Virus record (IMG/VR): IMGVR_UViG_3300044723_007112
Location: 1-58,173 of that record
DNA from: a virus
Taxonomy: Duplodnaviria; Caudoviricetes
Direction: 5' to 3' (one strand)
Length of the DNA: 58,173 nt
The notes under the pieces are model-generated. The model was not told where the DNA came from and did not search any database. It worked only from the letters and a program-made list of their open reading frames with translations. Every line of letters begins with the position of its first letter. Within the stretch, counting starts at the first letter, position 1. A program made the translations under genes and the position numbers. Below are positions 20,660-29,000 of this stretch, piece by piece.

Positions 20660-21323
20660 TAGAGTTTTTAATGATAATGTAGTGTTGCAAGAACTTAGAT
20701 CAAGGTGCAGACCATTAGTTAATGATAAGGCGGCGGGTCACTTAGATTCTAATTTTTCCGGAGTTACGGGATACTCTAATGATTATCTTTACAAAGCATT
20801 GGAGTCTCCTCTTGATCAATATTGCTGGCCAAAATGCTCTTACGGAGTTGATACTACCCTAGTAAACATTAAATCTTCGTATTGGAATAAGGTAGCAGTA
20901 CCGTACCTTAAAAGATTAGTCAATTATATTGGCTCCCCTTCTAATGCCTTAACCATGTTTTATCCCGAAAAAGGGTATATTGGTTGGCATCACAACGGCA
21001 ATGCACATGGATACAATTTCTTAATGACGTATAGTATGGATGGGGATGGTTATTTTAAATATTATAACCAACATACAGATGAATTTACAGTACTGCAAGA
21101 TGTTCCTGGCTGGAATTTTAGATTTGGTTATTATCCTAATATACAGCATGAACCAGAGAATGTGTTTTGGCATACAGCTTATACAGAACAACCTAGACTT
21201 ACTATAGGTTGGGTTGTAAATAATCGTAATATATGGAAAAGTCTTATAGAAGAATGTACCGGTTTAGGTAATATACCTGATGTTATTGACTCTATGGGAC
21301 CTAGGGGTGATGTTAAAAATTGA
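20601..21323 (+). CDS. Putative 2OG-Fe(II) oxygenase/cupin-fold protein with an HxN variant motif
   Basis: YPEKGYIGWHHN...GDGYFKY...FWHTAY...PRLTIGW has double-stranded beta-helix oxygenase spacing. Start is uncertain (ATG 20601 or 20616). Confidence 0.55.
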   Translation: MHQLTMNNTTILKILANLSDRVFNDNVVLQELRSRCRPLVNDKAAGHLDSNFSGVTGYSNDYLYKALESPLDQYCWPKCSYGVDTTLVNIKSSYWNKVAVPYLKRLVNYIGSPSNALTMFYPEKGYIGWHHNGNAHGYNFLMTYSMDGDGYFKYYNQHTDEFTVLQDVPGWNFRFGYYPNIQHEPENVFWHTAYTEQPRLTIGWVVNNRNIWKSLIEECTGLGNIPDVIDSMGPRGDVKN

Positions 21324-22089
21324 ATGGCGAAGTGGCTTTGGTTATGGAGACTTTGTAACCGGGTTAGGATACGCACATAACGCCTCCATAAAGTATGATA
21401 CGGAAGTTATTATAAACTTTCATTGGAATCACGATTTAGATTATTTAGAATCTAAAGATGATCCGGAGACTATCATAGAGCGAATGTATTACGTATATGG
21501 TACTATGGTGCCAAAAACAAACGTGCACGTTACACACACGCCAAACAGTCATCCAAAATACAGATTTATTAATAACGTCGATGAAACTAACCCTCTTCAT
21601 GGACTTTGGCACACCAACTTAGAACTGACTAGTGGTAAGTCGGTTGTAATGTGGCGTTCAAAATTTAACACTTTCTTTCCTGGTAAAGCAAAGGACCCTA
21701 TCTACAATCGTTGGGACAGTGTAGTGCAATGGTTGACAGATCAGGGTTATAACGTACAAGAAGTTACTTACAGAACTCCGGTAAAGGAAGTAATTGAAAA
21801 GATAAGGACGTGTGAGTTTGGGATTGGTTACGATGGTATGATTCATCAATTATTTAAATATATGTGGAAGCCTTTGATAGTAATATGTGAAAGGCATCAA
21901 TTAAACCAGCTGCTCATTCCTCAGGCTCTGTTGATCAAGGATGAGCAAAGTTTGTATGCAAACGGTATAGAGTCATGTGTAAACCAATCTAATCAAAAGA
22001 TAGCTTTCTACAAAAACAAGCTGGACAAATGGGTGCATCTAAAGGAAGACATAAAAAGGCATACTCTTTATAATGTTGAAATCTACTGA
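21310..22089 (+). CDS. Putative GT-B fold glycosyltransferase (GT9-like)
   Basis: N-terminal GFGYGDF and C-terminal IRTCEFGIGYDGMIHQL resemble the GT9 'GxGD' and 'fig.DsG..Hla' motifs. Confidence 0.5.
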   Translation: MLKIEWRSGFGYGDFVTGLGYAHNASIKYDTEVIINFHWNHDLDYLESKDDPETIIERMYYVYGTMVPKTNVHVTHTPNSHPKYRFINNVDETNPLHGLWHTNLELTSGKSVVMWRSKFNTFFPGKAKDPIYNRWDSVVQWLTDQGYNVQEVTYRTPVKEVIEKIRTCEFGIGYDGMIHQLFKYMWKPLIVICERHQLNQLLIPQALLIKDEQSLYANGIESCVNQSNQKIAFYKNKLDKWVHLKEDIKRHTLYNVEIY

Positions 22090-23101
22090 TTATAAAATTC
22101 CTCTTAGTATTGATAGAGCCGTCATAGAAGTTAATGGGGGTTGTAATTATACGTGTTCAATGTGTCCACAAACAAATTCAGATGGAACAACAGGAGCGCG
22201 CGGTAAAAATTGGCTAAAGAAAATGTCTTTGGCAGACTTTGAGTATGTCGTATCAGAATGCGCGCAGGCGGGTCTTAACGTTGTTAATTTAGAGGGATCG
22301 GGTGAGCCGACCTTATCAAGAGATCTGCCAAGGTATATTGAAATAGTTAGAAAGTATGGAGCGTCAGCTTTTATTTACACCAACGGATACAATTTGTCTG
22401 GTAGGTTCATGAGAGATTGTGTAGACGCTGGTTTAAGTTTAGCTAGATTTTCTATTATAGGATACGATCAACAAACTTATAAAAAATGGATGAACAGGGA
22501 TGCATTTGATTTTGTAAGAAACAATGCTCTCTTAATGAACAATTACGTTACCAAAAAAGATGCTGACTGCAAAATAGCCTCTTATCATTTAATCCTAGAT
22601 AATAACAACATTGAGCAAGAGATCCAATTATATAGATCCAATTTTGTTGATTATGTTGAGTCATACGCTGAGATATGGAAAATGCACAATTGGTCTGGGA
22701 TATATGATGTTAATTATAAACGCCAAGGTAAAAAAAGAAGTTGTGGTAGGCCCTTTTCTCCTGATCTTACTGTTAGGGCTGGAGGTACAAACAATACTAC
22801 GTTGTCCATAGCTCCCTGCTGCCAGACGTTGGGTAGAGATGACGACGCAGATCTAGGATCAATAAAAGAACAAACGTTGGAACAAGTTTGGAATGGTGAG
22901 CGTTATACCTGGCTTAGGCAAATGCATGCCGAGCGGCGATTTGAGGAGATTCCTTTTTGTAAAGATTGTGACTTTCTTTACGAGGACAACGAAGTGCTTG
23001 TTTGGAAAAACAACGACATGGTTATGTTAGATAAAATGAAAGGTACTAAGTTTTCATTGCAAGATTTTAAAGAAGTCGATCCCATTCGAATTGTAGAATA
23101 G
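22073..23101 (+). CDS. Radical SAM protein with a C-terminal SPASM/twitch domain (342 aa)
   Basis: CNYTCSMC (CxxxCxxC), GSGEPTL, YTNG, and C-terminal CGRPF...APCC...LGSI...FCKDC. Confidence 0.92.
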   Translation: MLKSTDYKIPLSIDRAVIEVNGGCNYTCSMCPQTNSDGTTGARGKNWLKKMSLADFEYVVSECAQAGLNVVNLEGSGEPTLSRDLPRYIEIVRKYGASAFIYTNGYNLSGRFMRDCVDAGLSLARFSIIGYDQQTYKKWMNRDAFDFVRNNALLMNNYVTKKDADCKIASYHLILDNNNIEQEIQLYRSNFVDYVESYAEIWKMHNWSGIYDVNYKRQGKKRSCGRPFSPDLTVRAGGTNNTTLSIAPCCQTLGRDDDADLGSIKEQTLEQVWNGERYTWLRQMHAERRFEEIPFCKDCDFLYEDNEVLVWKNNDMVMLDKMKGTKFSLQDFKEVDPIRIVE

Positions 23102-23753
23102 GTTTGTGTTTGTCCGGACATTCTATTCGTTGTTGTATTAGTTCTTGATGAGACGCTGGGTTGCTACTAGACAACAGGTTATATTTGGAGCTTAATGATG
23201 CAGTACTTGGCCTTGTATGTTTTAGATTTATGTCATGCATGGTTATCTCTTTGCCTGATGTCGCTAACAGCTGCTTAAAGAATTCTCGATCGCCCCATCT
23301 TTGTCCTACAATCTCCTCATCGTAACCGCCTGCATCAAAAAAATGGCTTCTGTGAATTAAATAGTCGTTTACACTTGAATGCATGTTCTCTCCCCAGACT
23401 GGTGTGTGCACCATAAATAGATAACGTACTTTAATAATTAACTTTTTGTTTTTAATTGCACTAAAAGCGTATTCTGGTTCTTGAAAGCAGCGGTCAATAT
23501 CAATCATAACAACCCAGTCATTGCTGGATTCCTTCATAATTAAGTTTCGACAACCGTGAGAATTAAAACCTATGTCTTTTTTAACTCTATACAATTTTAG
23601 CTTGTTGGATGTAGTTGGTACGTTTTGTATAGGTTGTGGGGATCCGTCATCAACTACAATAAGCTCGTCTACAAAATCAATATTGGTTTTTACAAACTTT
23701 GAGAGAAGTTCTGGGCAATTATAGTATGTTGTACCTAAGGTAATTTTTTGCAT
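23067..23753 (-). CDS. Glycosyltransferase, GT2/GT7-like
   Basis: ITLGTTYYN, LIVVDDGS, GCRNL, MIDID (DxD) and GGYDEEIVGQRWGDREF. Likely start is MQKITL at 23753, not 23816. Confidence 0.85.
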   Translation of the reverse strand: MQKITLGTTYYNCPELLSKFVKTNIDFVDELIVVDDGSPQPIQNVPTTSNKLKLYRVKKDIGFNSHGCRNLIMKESSNDWVVMIDIDRCFQEPEYAFSAIKNKKLIIKVRYLFMVHTPVWGENMHSSVNDYLIHRSHFFDAGGYDEEIVGQRWGDREFFKQLLATSGKEITMHDINLKHTRPSTASLSSKYNLLSSSNPASHQELIQQRIECPDKHKPILQFEWDRLL

Positions 23754-24375
23754 GAAATCTTTTATAGTGAAAGGAAAACTTTTAGACTCAGAAGTCAAAT
23801 TGCTAGATAAGGACAAGGAATGCTACAAGCATCGGTCTGTACCAGGTGGTGTAGTAGGCTCCGGAGGTTCAGGGTACCAATCTAATATGAGAGAGTGCAG
23901 TGTATACTTTGCCAATTATAGTGAGTTTCCTTACACGTCTAACATAATGCAGTCACTATTAATAGAAAAATACCAGAATATTTATAGTAGTTTAGATTAC
24001 ACGTTGTTTGCAGACTTACAATATGTAAAGTATGAGAAAGGTGGTTTTTTTACTAAGCATAGTGATGTAGTAAGAAATGATAAGGGCATGGACGTTTTCA
24101 GAGCTTTGACTATGTCGGTGAACTTAACTAATGAAAATGATTATACCGGTGGTGAATTGGTCGTCTATAAAGATACAAAGCTGCCAAATGGTACTCATAC
24201 TTACGAGGAGATAGATAGGTTAGATAGAGAAAAAGGTAGTTTTATAATAATACCCTCTTTCTTTGTTCACGAGGCACTAAAAGTTGAGTCTGGTTGTAGG
24301 GAGGCAGTTGTCACGTGGCTCCACACTACTTCAAGAAGTTTAGAAGCCTTTAAAAGTGCGGTTATAGATAAATAG
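23752..24375 (+). CDS. 2OG-Fe(II) oxygenase, PKHD-like
   Basis: KHSD (HxD), RALTMSVNL, YTGGEL, PSFFVHEA and GCREAVVTW. Confidence 0.8.
   Translation: MKSFIVKGKLLDSEVKLLDKDKECYKHRSVPGGVVGSGGSGYQSNMRECSVYFANYSEFPYTSNIMQSLLIEKYQNIYSSLDYTLFADLQYVKYEKGGFFTKHSDVVRNDKGMDVFRALTMSVNLTNENDYTGGELVVYKDTKLPNGTHTYEEIDRLDREKGSFIIIPSFFVHEALKVESGCREAVVTWLHTTSRSLEAFKSAVIDK
23979..23986 (-). promoter_or_regulatory. Possible late promoter TATAAATA on the minus strand, serving the inverted glycosyltransferase
   Basis: The plus strand reads TATTTATA, about 225 nt upstream of the minus-strand start at 23753. Confidence 0.45.
24367..24374 (+). promoter_or_regulatory. Late promoter variant GATAAATA upstream of gp13
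   Basis: 7/8 match to the consensus, about 20 nt before the gp13 ATG, followed by a GAGGTG RBS. Confidence 0.6.
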
Positions 24376-24393
24376 ATCAAAAAGAGGTGATCT

Positions 24394-25134
24394 ATGGCCA
24401 TCCCAACTTCCAGAGACCAACTTAAAGAACATTGCTTGCGAAGGTTAGGAAAGCCGGTCGTAGATATCAATGTGGACGATGAGCAGGTCGAAGATCGTAT
24501 TGACGAAGCTCTACTGTATTATAGAGACTACCATTTCGATGGTTCAGAGCGTGTACTTCTCAAGCACCAAATTACAGCAGCGGATAAGACCAATCAGTAC
24601 ATTACATTAGACGACTCTTACATCGGAGTTGTCGGTGTGTTTGATATTGGTGATTCTACTCAAACTTCTAACCTTTTTAACGTACGATACCAGATTCATC
24701 TAAACGATCTATTTGATTTTTCTTCTGCTACTTACGTACCTTATGTCACTGCAATGAGACACGTTGCACAACTAGAGGAAATCTTTGTTGGCAAGCAGCC
24801 AATTAGGTTTAACCGTCACACCAATAAGCTACATATTGATATGTCTTGGAACGATGTTACTGTTGGTAACTACATTATAGTTGATAGCTATAAAGTAACT
24901 GATCCAGGTACATATGCAGATGTGTGGTCTGATAGATGGTTAATGCAATACACTACTTCACTTATTAAGAGGCAGTGGGGAGAAAACCTCAAGAAGTTTG
25001 AGGGTCTCCAAATGCCAGGTGGTCTTACGTTCAATGGCCAGAAGATTTGGGAGGAAGCAACCGAGGAGATTCGACGACTGGAAGACGAGATGATTTCAAG
25101 TTACTCCTTACCAGTTAGCGATATGACCGGTTGA
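24394..25134 (+). CDS. gp13: Neck protein gp13
   Basis: LKEHCLRRLGKPVVDINVDDEQVEDRIDEAL, YHFDG and KRQWGENLKKFEGLQMPGGLTFNG. Confidence 0.95.
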   Translation: MAIPTSRDQLKEHCLRRLGKPVVDINVDDEQVEDRIDEALLYYRDYHFDGSERVLLKHQITAADKTNQYITLDDSYIGVVGVFDIGDSTQTSNLFNVRYQIHLNDLFDFSSATYVPYVTAMRHVAQLEEIFVGKQPIRFNRHTNKLHIDMSWNDVTVGNYIIVDSYKVTDPGTYADVWSDRWLMQYTTSLIKRQWGENLKKFEGLQMPGGLTFNGQKIWEEATEEIRRLEDEMISSYSLPVSDMTG

Positions 25135-25135
25135 T

Positions 25136-25996
25136 ATGTTAAACAAATACTTTAACAATTACACATTCGCGCGCGAACAAGATGTCGTAGAAGACCTTAT
25201 ACTTGAGTCTATTAAGATATATGGTCATGATGTCAAGTATCTTCCTAGATCAGCAGTCAAACAAGACAATTTATTTGGCGAAGATATTCTTTCTAAGTTC
25301 GAAGAAGCCATAGATATAGAGATGTACTTAAAGTCGATGGAAGGCTTTGAGGGTGATGGACAGTTTCTTAGTAAGTTTGGATTAGAGATACGAGATCAGA
25401 TAGTACTAACTGTATCTCGAAAGAGATTCGATCAAGTGATTACGTCTCCCAAACTTATGACCGAGGTTGGTTACAATCTTGTTTTTGAAGATGGTAACAA
25501 CAATGAGCCAAGTCGACAGTTTTTAACTGGAGACGCGGCAACTGAAGCATGGGTACAGGAGGGTGACGACTACTTAAACACCCTGAACCGTCCTAGAGAG
25601 GGAGATCTGATCTATTTCCCTATGATGGACAAGATATTCGAAGTAATGTATGTCGATGACCGCCCTGTACATTTTCAGCTTGGAAGAATGCAGTCCTATG
25701 ATCTACGTTGTGAGCTCTATGAGTACAGCAGTGAAGAGATTAGTACTGGCGATAGCACCATTGATGCAGTAGAGGATAATTTTAGCCTTAACACTCTTAT
25801 ACAACAGTTTACGTTAGAAGACGGTTCTGGTATATTGAAGAGTGAGGATGGTGATAGTATCCTCCAAGAGTTTACAATACTGAATGAAGCTACTCAAGGA
25901 GCTCCTGCAATTAACAATAGTTATTTCCAATTTGAAGCAGATTCTGTGCTTGACTTTAGTGAGACTAATCCATTTAGTGAGGTTGATAGGTATTAA
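25136..25996 (+). CDS. gp14: Neck protein gp14
   Basis: ESIKIYGHDVKYLPR, SKFGLEIRD, RPREGDLIYFP, CELYEYSSE and DFSETNPF. Confidence 0.95.
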   Translation: MLNKYFNNYTFAREQDVVEDLILESIKIYGHDVKYLPRSAVKQDNLFGEDILSKFEEAIDIEMYLKSMEGFEGDGQFLSKFGLEIRDQIVLTVSRKRFDQVITSPKLMTEVGYNLVFEDGNNNEPSRQFLTGDAATEAWVQEGDDYLNTLNRPREGDLIYFPMMDKIFEVMYVDDRPVHFQLGRMQSYDLRCELYEYSSEEISTGDSTIDAVEDNFSLNTLIQQFTLEDGSGILKSEDGDSILQEFTILNEATQGAPAINNSYFQFEADSVLDFSETNPFSEVDRY

Positions 25997-26823
25997 TGTT
26001 TGGACATACTTACTATCACAGTATTATCAGAAAGTACATTATCATGTTCGGTACAATGTTCAATGATATTGATGTACAAAGATTTAATACTGCCGGCGAA
26101 AGAGTCCAGACGCTAAGGGTTCCAATTGCGTATGGACCAAAAGAAAAGTATTTGGTGAGACTTGCTCAAGATCCTAACTTTGATCGCGACGTAGCAATAT
26201 CTCTGCCAAGAATGTCTTTCGAAATCACTTCGATGAACTACAATTCCACTCGCAAACTACCATCCACTGTAAAAAACGTGTACGTTTATACAGATAAAGA
26301 CAAATTAAAATATCAATATACTCCTGTACCATTCGACATTAATATCGCACTATCTGTGTTTGTAAAGAACGCTGACGATGGTGTACAGATACTAGAAGGT
26401 ATCCTACCCTTCTTTACTCCGGAATGGACCAATACAATTAATTTAATTCCAGAGTTAAAGTTAAAAATGGATGTGCCTGTCGTGTTTAACGACATATCGA
26501 CTGAGGACACATATGAAGGAGACTTTTCGACTAGAAGAGCTCTTATTCATACTTTGAATTTTACTGTAAAAGGATATCTGTTTGGTCCAGTCAGAACTCA
26601 GGGTGTTATCAAAAGAGCTATTGCTACTACTAATATCGAGACTACAGACGGATCTTCTTCAGCTATATCATCTATCCTAACTGCTACGCCTGGTCTTACC
26701 GCCAATGGTACGCCTACCTCAGACTCAACAATTACGCTACCACCGGAACAGATAGATAGTACAGACGATTATGGATTTATCGAAGATCAACAGTTCTTCG
26801 GTGGTGGAACGGACAGTGTCTAA
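25996..26823 (+). CDS. gp15: Tail sheath stabiliser/terminator gp15
   Basis: YYHSIIRKYIIMFGTMFNDI, VPIAYGPKEK, LPRMSFE, QILEGILPFFTP and FTVKGYLFGP. Confidence 0.95.
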   Translation: MFGHTYYHSIIRKYIIMFGTMFNDIDVQRFNTAGERVQTLRVPIAYGPKEKYLVRLAQDPNFDRDVAISLPRMSFEITSMNYNSTRKLPSTVKNVYVYTDKDKLKYQYTPVPFDINIALSVFVKNADDGVQILEGILPFFTPEWTNTINLIPELKLKMDVPVVFNDISTEDTYEGDFSTRRALIHTLNFTVKGYLFGPVRTQGVIKRAIATTNIETTDGSSSAISSILTATPGLTANGTPTSDSTITLPPEQIDSTDDYGFIEDQQFFGGGTDSV

Positions 26824-27277
26824 AACAAAACTTGAAAGCAATCTAAACGATTTGTTTGGAATGTCTGAAGATACAGTTAGTATCTCTGAAGCTAAAGGTG
26901 AGCTTGTAGCTGTAGAGCCGAGGAATGAACTAGCTAACCGGGAAGGCCGAGATTATACCGGTGACATAGATACTGATTACAGGTATGCTAGAGAGAATCT
27001 TTACGAGATTATAGAAAATGGGTCGCATGCGCTACATGAGCTTGTAGAGATTGCAAAGGCAAGTGAACACCCAAGAGCATTTGAGGTAGTTGGTTCTCTT
27101 ATGAAAACCCTTACCGATGCAAACAAAGACTTACTTGAGATACAGACTAAAGTAAAAAAGCTCAAGCAAGAAGAAAACGTCCAACAAGGCCCAAACAACG
27201 TAACCAACGCCCTCTTCGTTGGGTCTACGGCCGAACTACAGAATATGTTAAAGGATACATTAGATAGTGATACTTGA
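26816..27277 (+). CDS. gp16: Terminase small subunit gp16
   Basis: DYRYARENL, SEHPRAFEV and NNVTNALFVGSTAELQ. GTG start at 26816 overlaps the gp15 stop. Confidence 0.92.
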   Translation: MSKTKLESNLNDLFGMSEDTVSISEAKGELVAVEPRNELANREGRDYTGDIDTDYRYARENLYEIIENGSHALHELVEIAKASEHPRAFEVVGSLMKTLTDANKDLLEIQTKVKKLKQEENVQQGPNNVTNALFVGSTAELQNMLKDTLDSDT

Positions 27278-27292
27278 AGCGGCTACACCGCT

Positions 27293-27320
27293 ATTATCCT
27301 CTCCTTGAAAAATAAGTCAA
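27293..27320 (-). promoter_or_regulatory. Possible antisense sigma70-type promoter (TTGACT-N16-GATAAT)
   Basis: The minus strand of the gp16-gp17 intergenic gap reads TTGACT tatttttcaaggagag GATAAT. Confidence 0.4.
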
Positions 27321-27326
27321 CAGCCA

Positions 27327-28958
27327 ATGGCAATTGAAACCTACTTAGGCAACAAAAATCTCAAAAAAGTTGGTGTTCCTGTCGAGTATACTCAGGAGCA
27401 GGTGCAAGAGTATATTAAATGCTCTCGTAATCCAGCATACTTTATAAAGAACTATGTAAAGATTGTTAATGTTGACGCTGGCCTAATAGATTTCAGTTTG
27501 TGGCCTTTCCAAGAAGAGATGGTTAACAAATTTGAGGATAATCGCTTTGTTATATGCAAGCTACCTCGACAGGTTGGTAAAACCACTACTGTCGCTGCAT
27601 ACATTTTATGGCGAGTGCTGTTCACTGATCAATACAGCGTAGCTATTCTTGCAAATAAACTTGCTCAAGCGAGAGAAATTCTTGGACGAATTCAAACTGC
27701 ATATGAATGGTTGCCTAAGTGGCTGCAGCAGGGTGTTAAAGAATGGAACAAGGGTAACATAGAATTAGAAAACGGCTCTGAGATTCTAGCTTCTGCTACC
27801 TCATCCTCAGCTATTCGAGGTACGTCTCAGAATCTAATCTATTTGGACGAATTTGCGTTTGTACCAAACAATCTACAAGAAGAATTCTTTGCTTCAGTAT
27901 TCCCTACTATTTCATCTGGCACAAGCACAAAAGTCCTTATAACATCCACGCCTAACGGCATGAATATGTTTTACAAGATATGGGTGGACAGTGAAGAGGG
28001 CAACAACAGCTACGTTAGGCACGATGTACATTGGTCGGATGTTCCGGGCAGAGATGAGGCTTGGAAAAAAGAGACTATTAAGAACACCAGTGAAGAACAG
28101 TTTAGACAAGAGTTTGAGTGTGAATTTTTAGGTAGTACCGCTACACTCATTGACGGTAGAAAATTAGCTCAGATTCCGTTTAAGACTCCAATAAAGTCCA
28201 AGAATGGATTCGACACTTATGAGGAACCGGTTCGAGATCGAATGTATGTAATTACTGTCGACTCTGCAAGAGGACTTGGGCTCGATTATAGTGCACTAGT
28301 AGTATTTGATGTTACAGAACTACCTTATAAGATTGTTGGTAAGTACAGATCCAAAGAAATATCACCTATGTTCTATCCAGATGTAATTGTAAACACTGCT
28401 AGGAAGTACAACGATGCATTTGTGTTAGTCGAGCTAAATGATTTAGGAGAAACCGTAGCTAACATTATTCAGCAGGATCTTGAATATGAAAATATACTAA
28501 GTACCAGTGTAAAAGGAAGAGGCGGCCAGCAAGTAGGTGGTGGCTTCTCTCACCGAATACAGCTAGGTGTAAAAACTACTAAGACCGTAAAGAGAATAGG
28601 ATGTTCTCATCTAAAGGATATTGTCGAGAGTGACAAAGTCATTATCAACGACTACGATCTACTTCAGGAACTTTCTGTTTTCATAAATAAAAGGAACAGC
28701 TACGAAGCTGAGGAAGGTCACCACGATGACCTTGTAATGTGTGCAGTATTGTTCTCGTGGTTGGTAAGACAAGAGTTCTTTATTGAGCTTACTGATAATG
28801 ATGTACGCAATCGACTATATCTAGAAAATCAAAGGATGATAGAAGATGATGTGCTTCCATTTGGTATTGTTGATGATGGACACTATGCACACGAACCAGA
28901 AGAATCTGTAGGTCCACTGGGATACAAATATAGTGTTGAGGACGTTGTAGACTTCTAA
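27327..28958 (+). CDS. gp17: Terminase large subunit gp17
   Basis: YLGNKNLK, Walker A PRQVGKTT, Walker B LIYLDEFAFV, ITSTPNG, FRQEFECEF and nuclease motif HHDDLVM. Confidence 0.97.
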   Translation: MAIETYLGNKNLKKVGVPVEYTQEQVQEYIKCSRNPAYFIKNYVKIVNVDAGLIDFSLWPFQEEMVNKFEDNRFVICKLPRQVGKTTTVAAYILWRVLFTDQYSVAILANKLAQAREILGRIQTAYEWLPKWLQQGVKEWNKGNIELENGSEILASATSSSAIRGTSQNLIYLDEFAFVPNNLQEEFFASVFPTISSGTSTKVLITSTPNGMNMFYKIWVDSEEGNNSYVRHDVHWSDVPGRDEAWKKETIKNTSEEQFRQEFECEFLGSTATLIDGRKLAQIPFKTPIKSKNGFDTYEEPVRDRMYVITVDSARGLGLDYSALVVFDVTELPYKIVGKYRSKEISPMFYPDVIVNTARKYNDAFVLVELNDLGETVANIIQQDLEYENILSTSVKGRGGQQVGGGFSHRIQLGVKTTKTVKRIGCSHLKDIVESDKVIINDYDLLQELSVFINKRNSYEAEEGHHDDLVMCAVLFSWLVRQEFFIELTDNDVRNRLYLENQRMIEDDVLPFGIVDDGHYAHEPEESVGPLGYKYSVEDVVDF

Positions 28959-28961
28959 TTT

Positions 28962-28969
28962 TATAAATA
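28962..28969 (+). promoter_or_regulatory. T4-type late promoter TATAAATA upstream of gp18
   Basis: Exact consensus in the intergenic gap, followed by an AGGAG RBS. Confidence 0.85.
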
Positions 28970-29000
28970 TACGAGAAACAAAAACCACGAGGAGACAAAG

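Noticed and set aside
15679-24375. DNA hypermodification cluster (TET/JBP plus glycosyltransferase)
   Set aside because: Not excluded but disfavoured. The genes sit in a late structural operon beside fibre genes, the oxygenases look P4H/PKHD-like, and no nucleotide kinase, thymidylate synthase or methylase neighbours are present.
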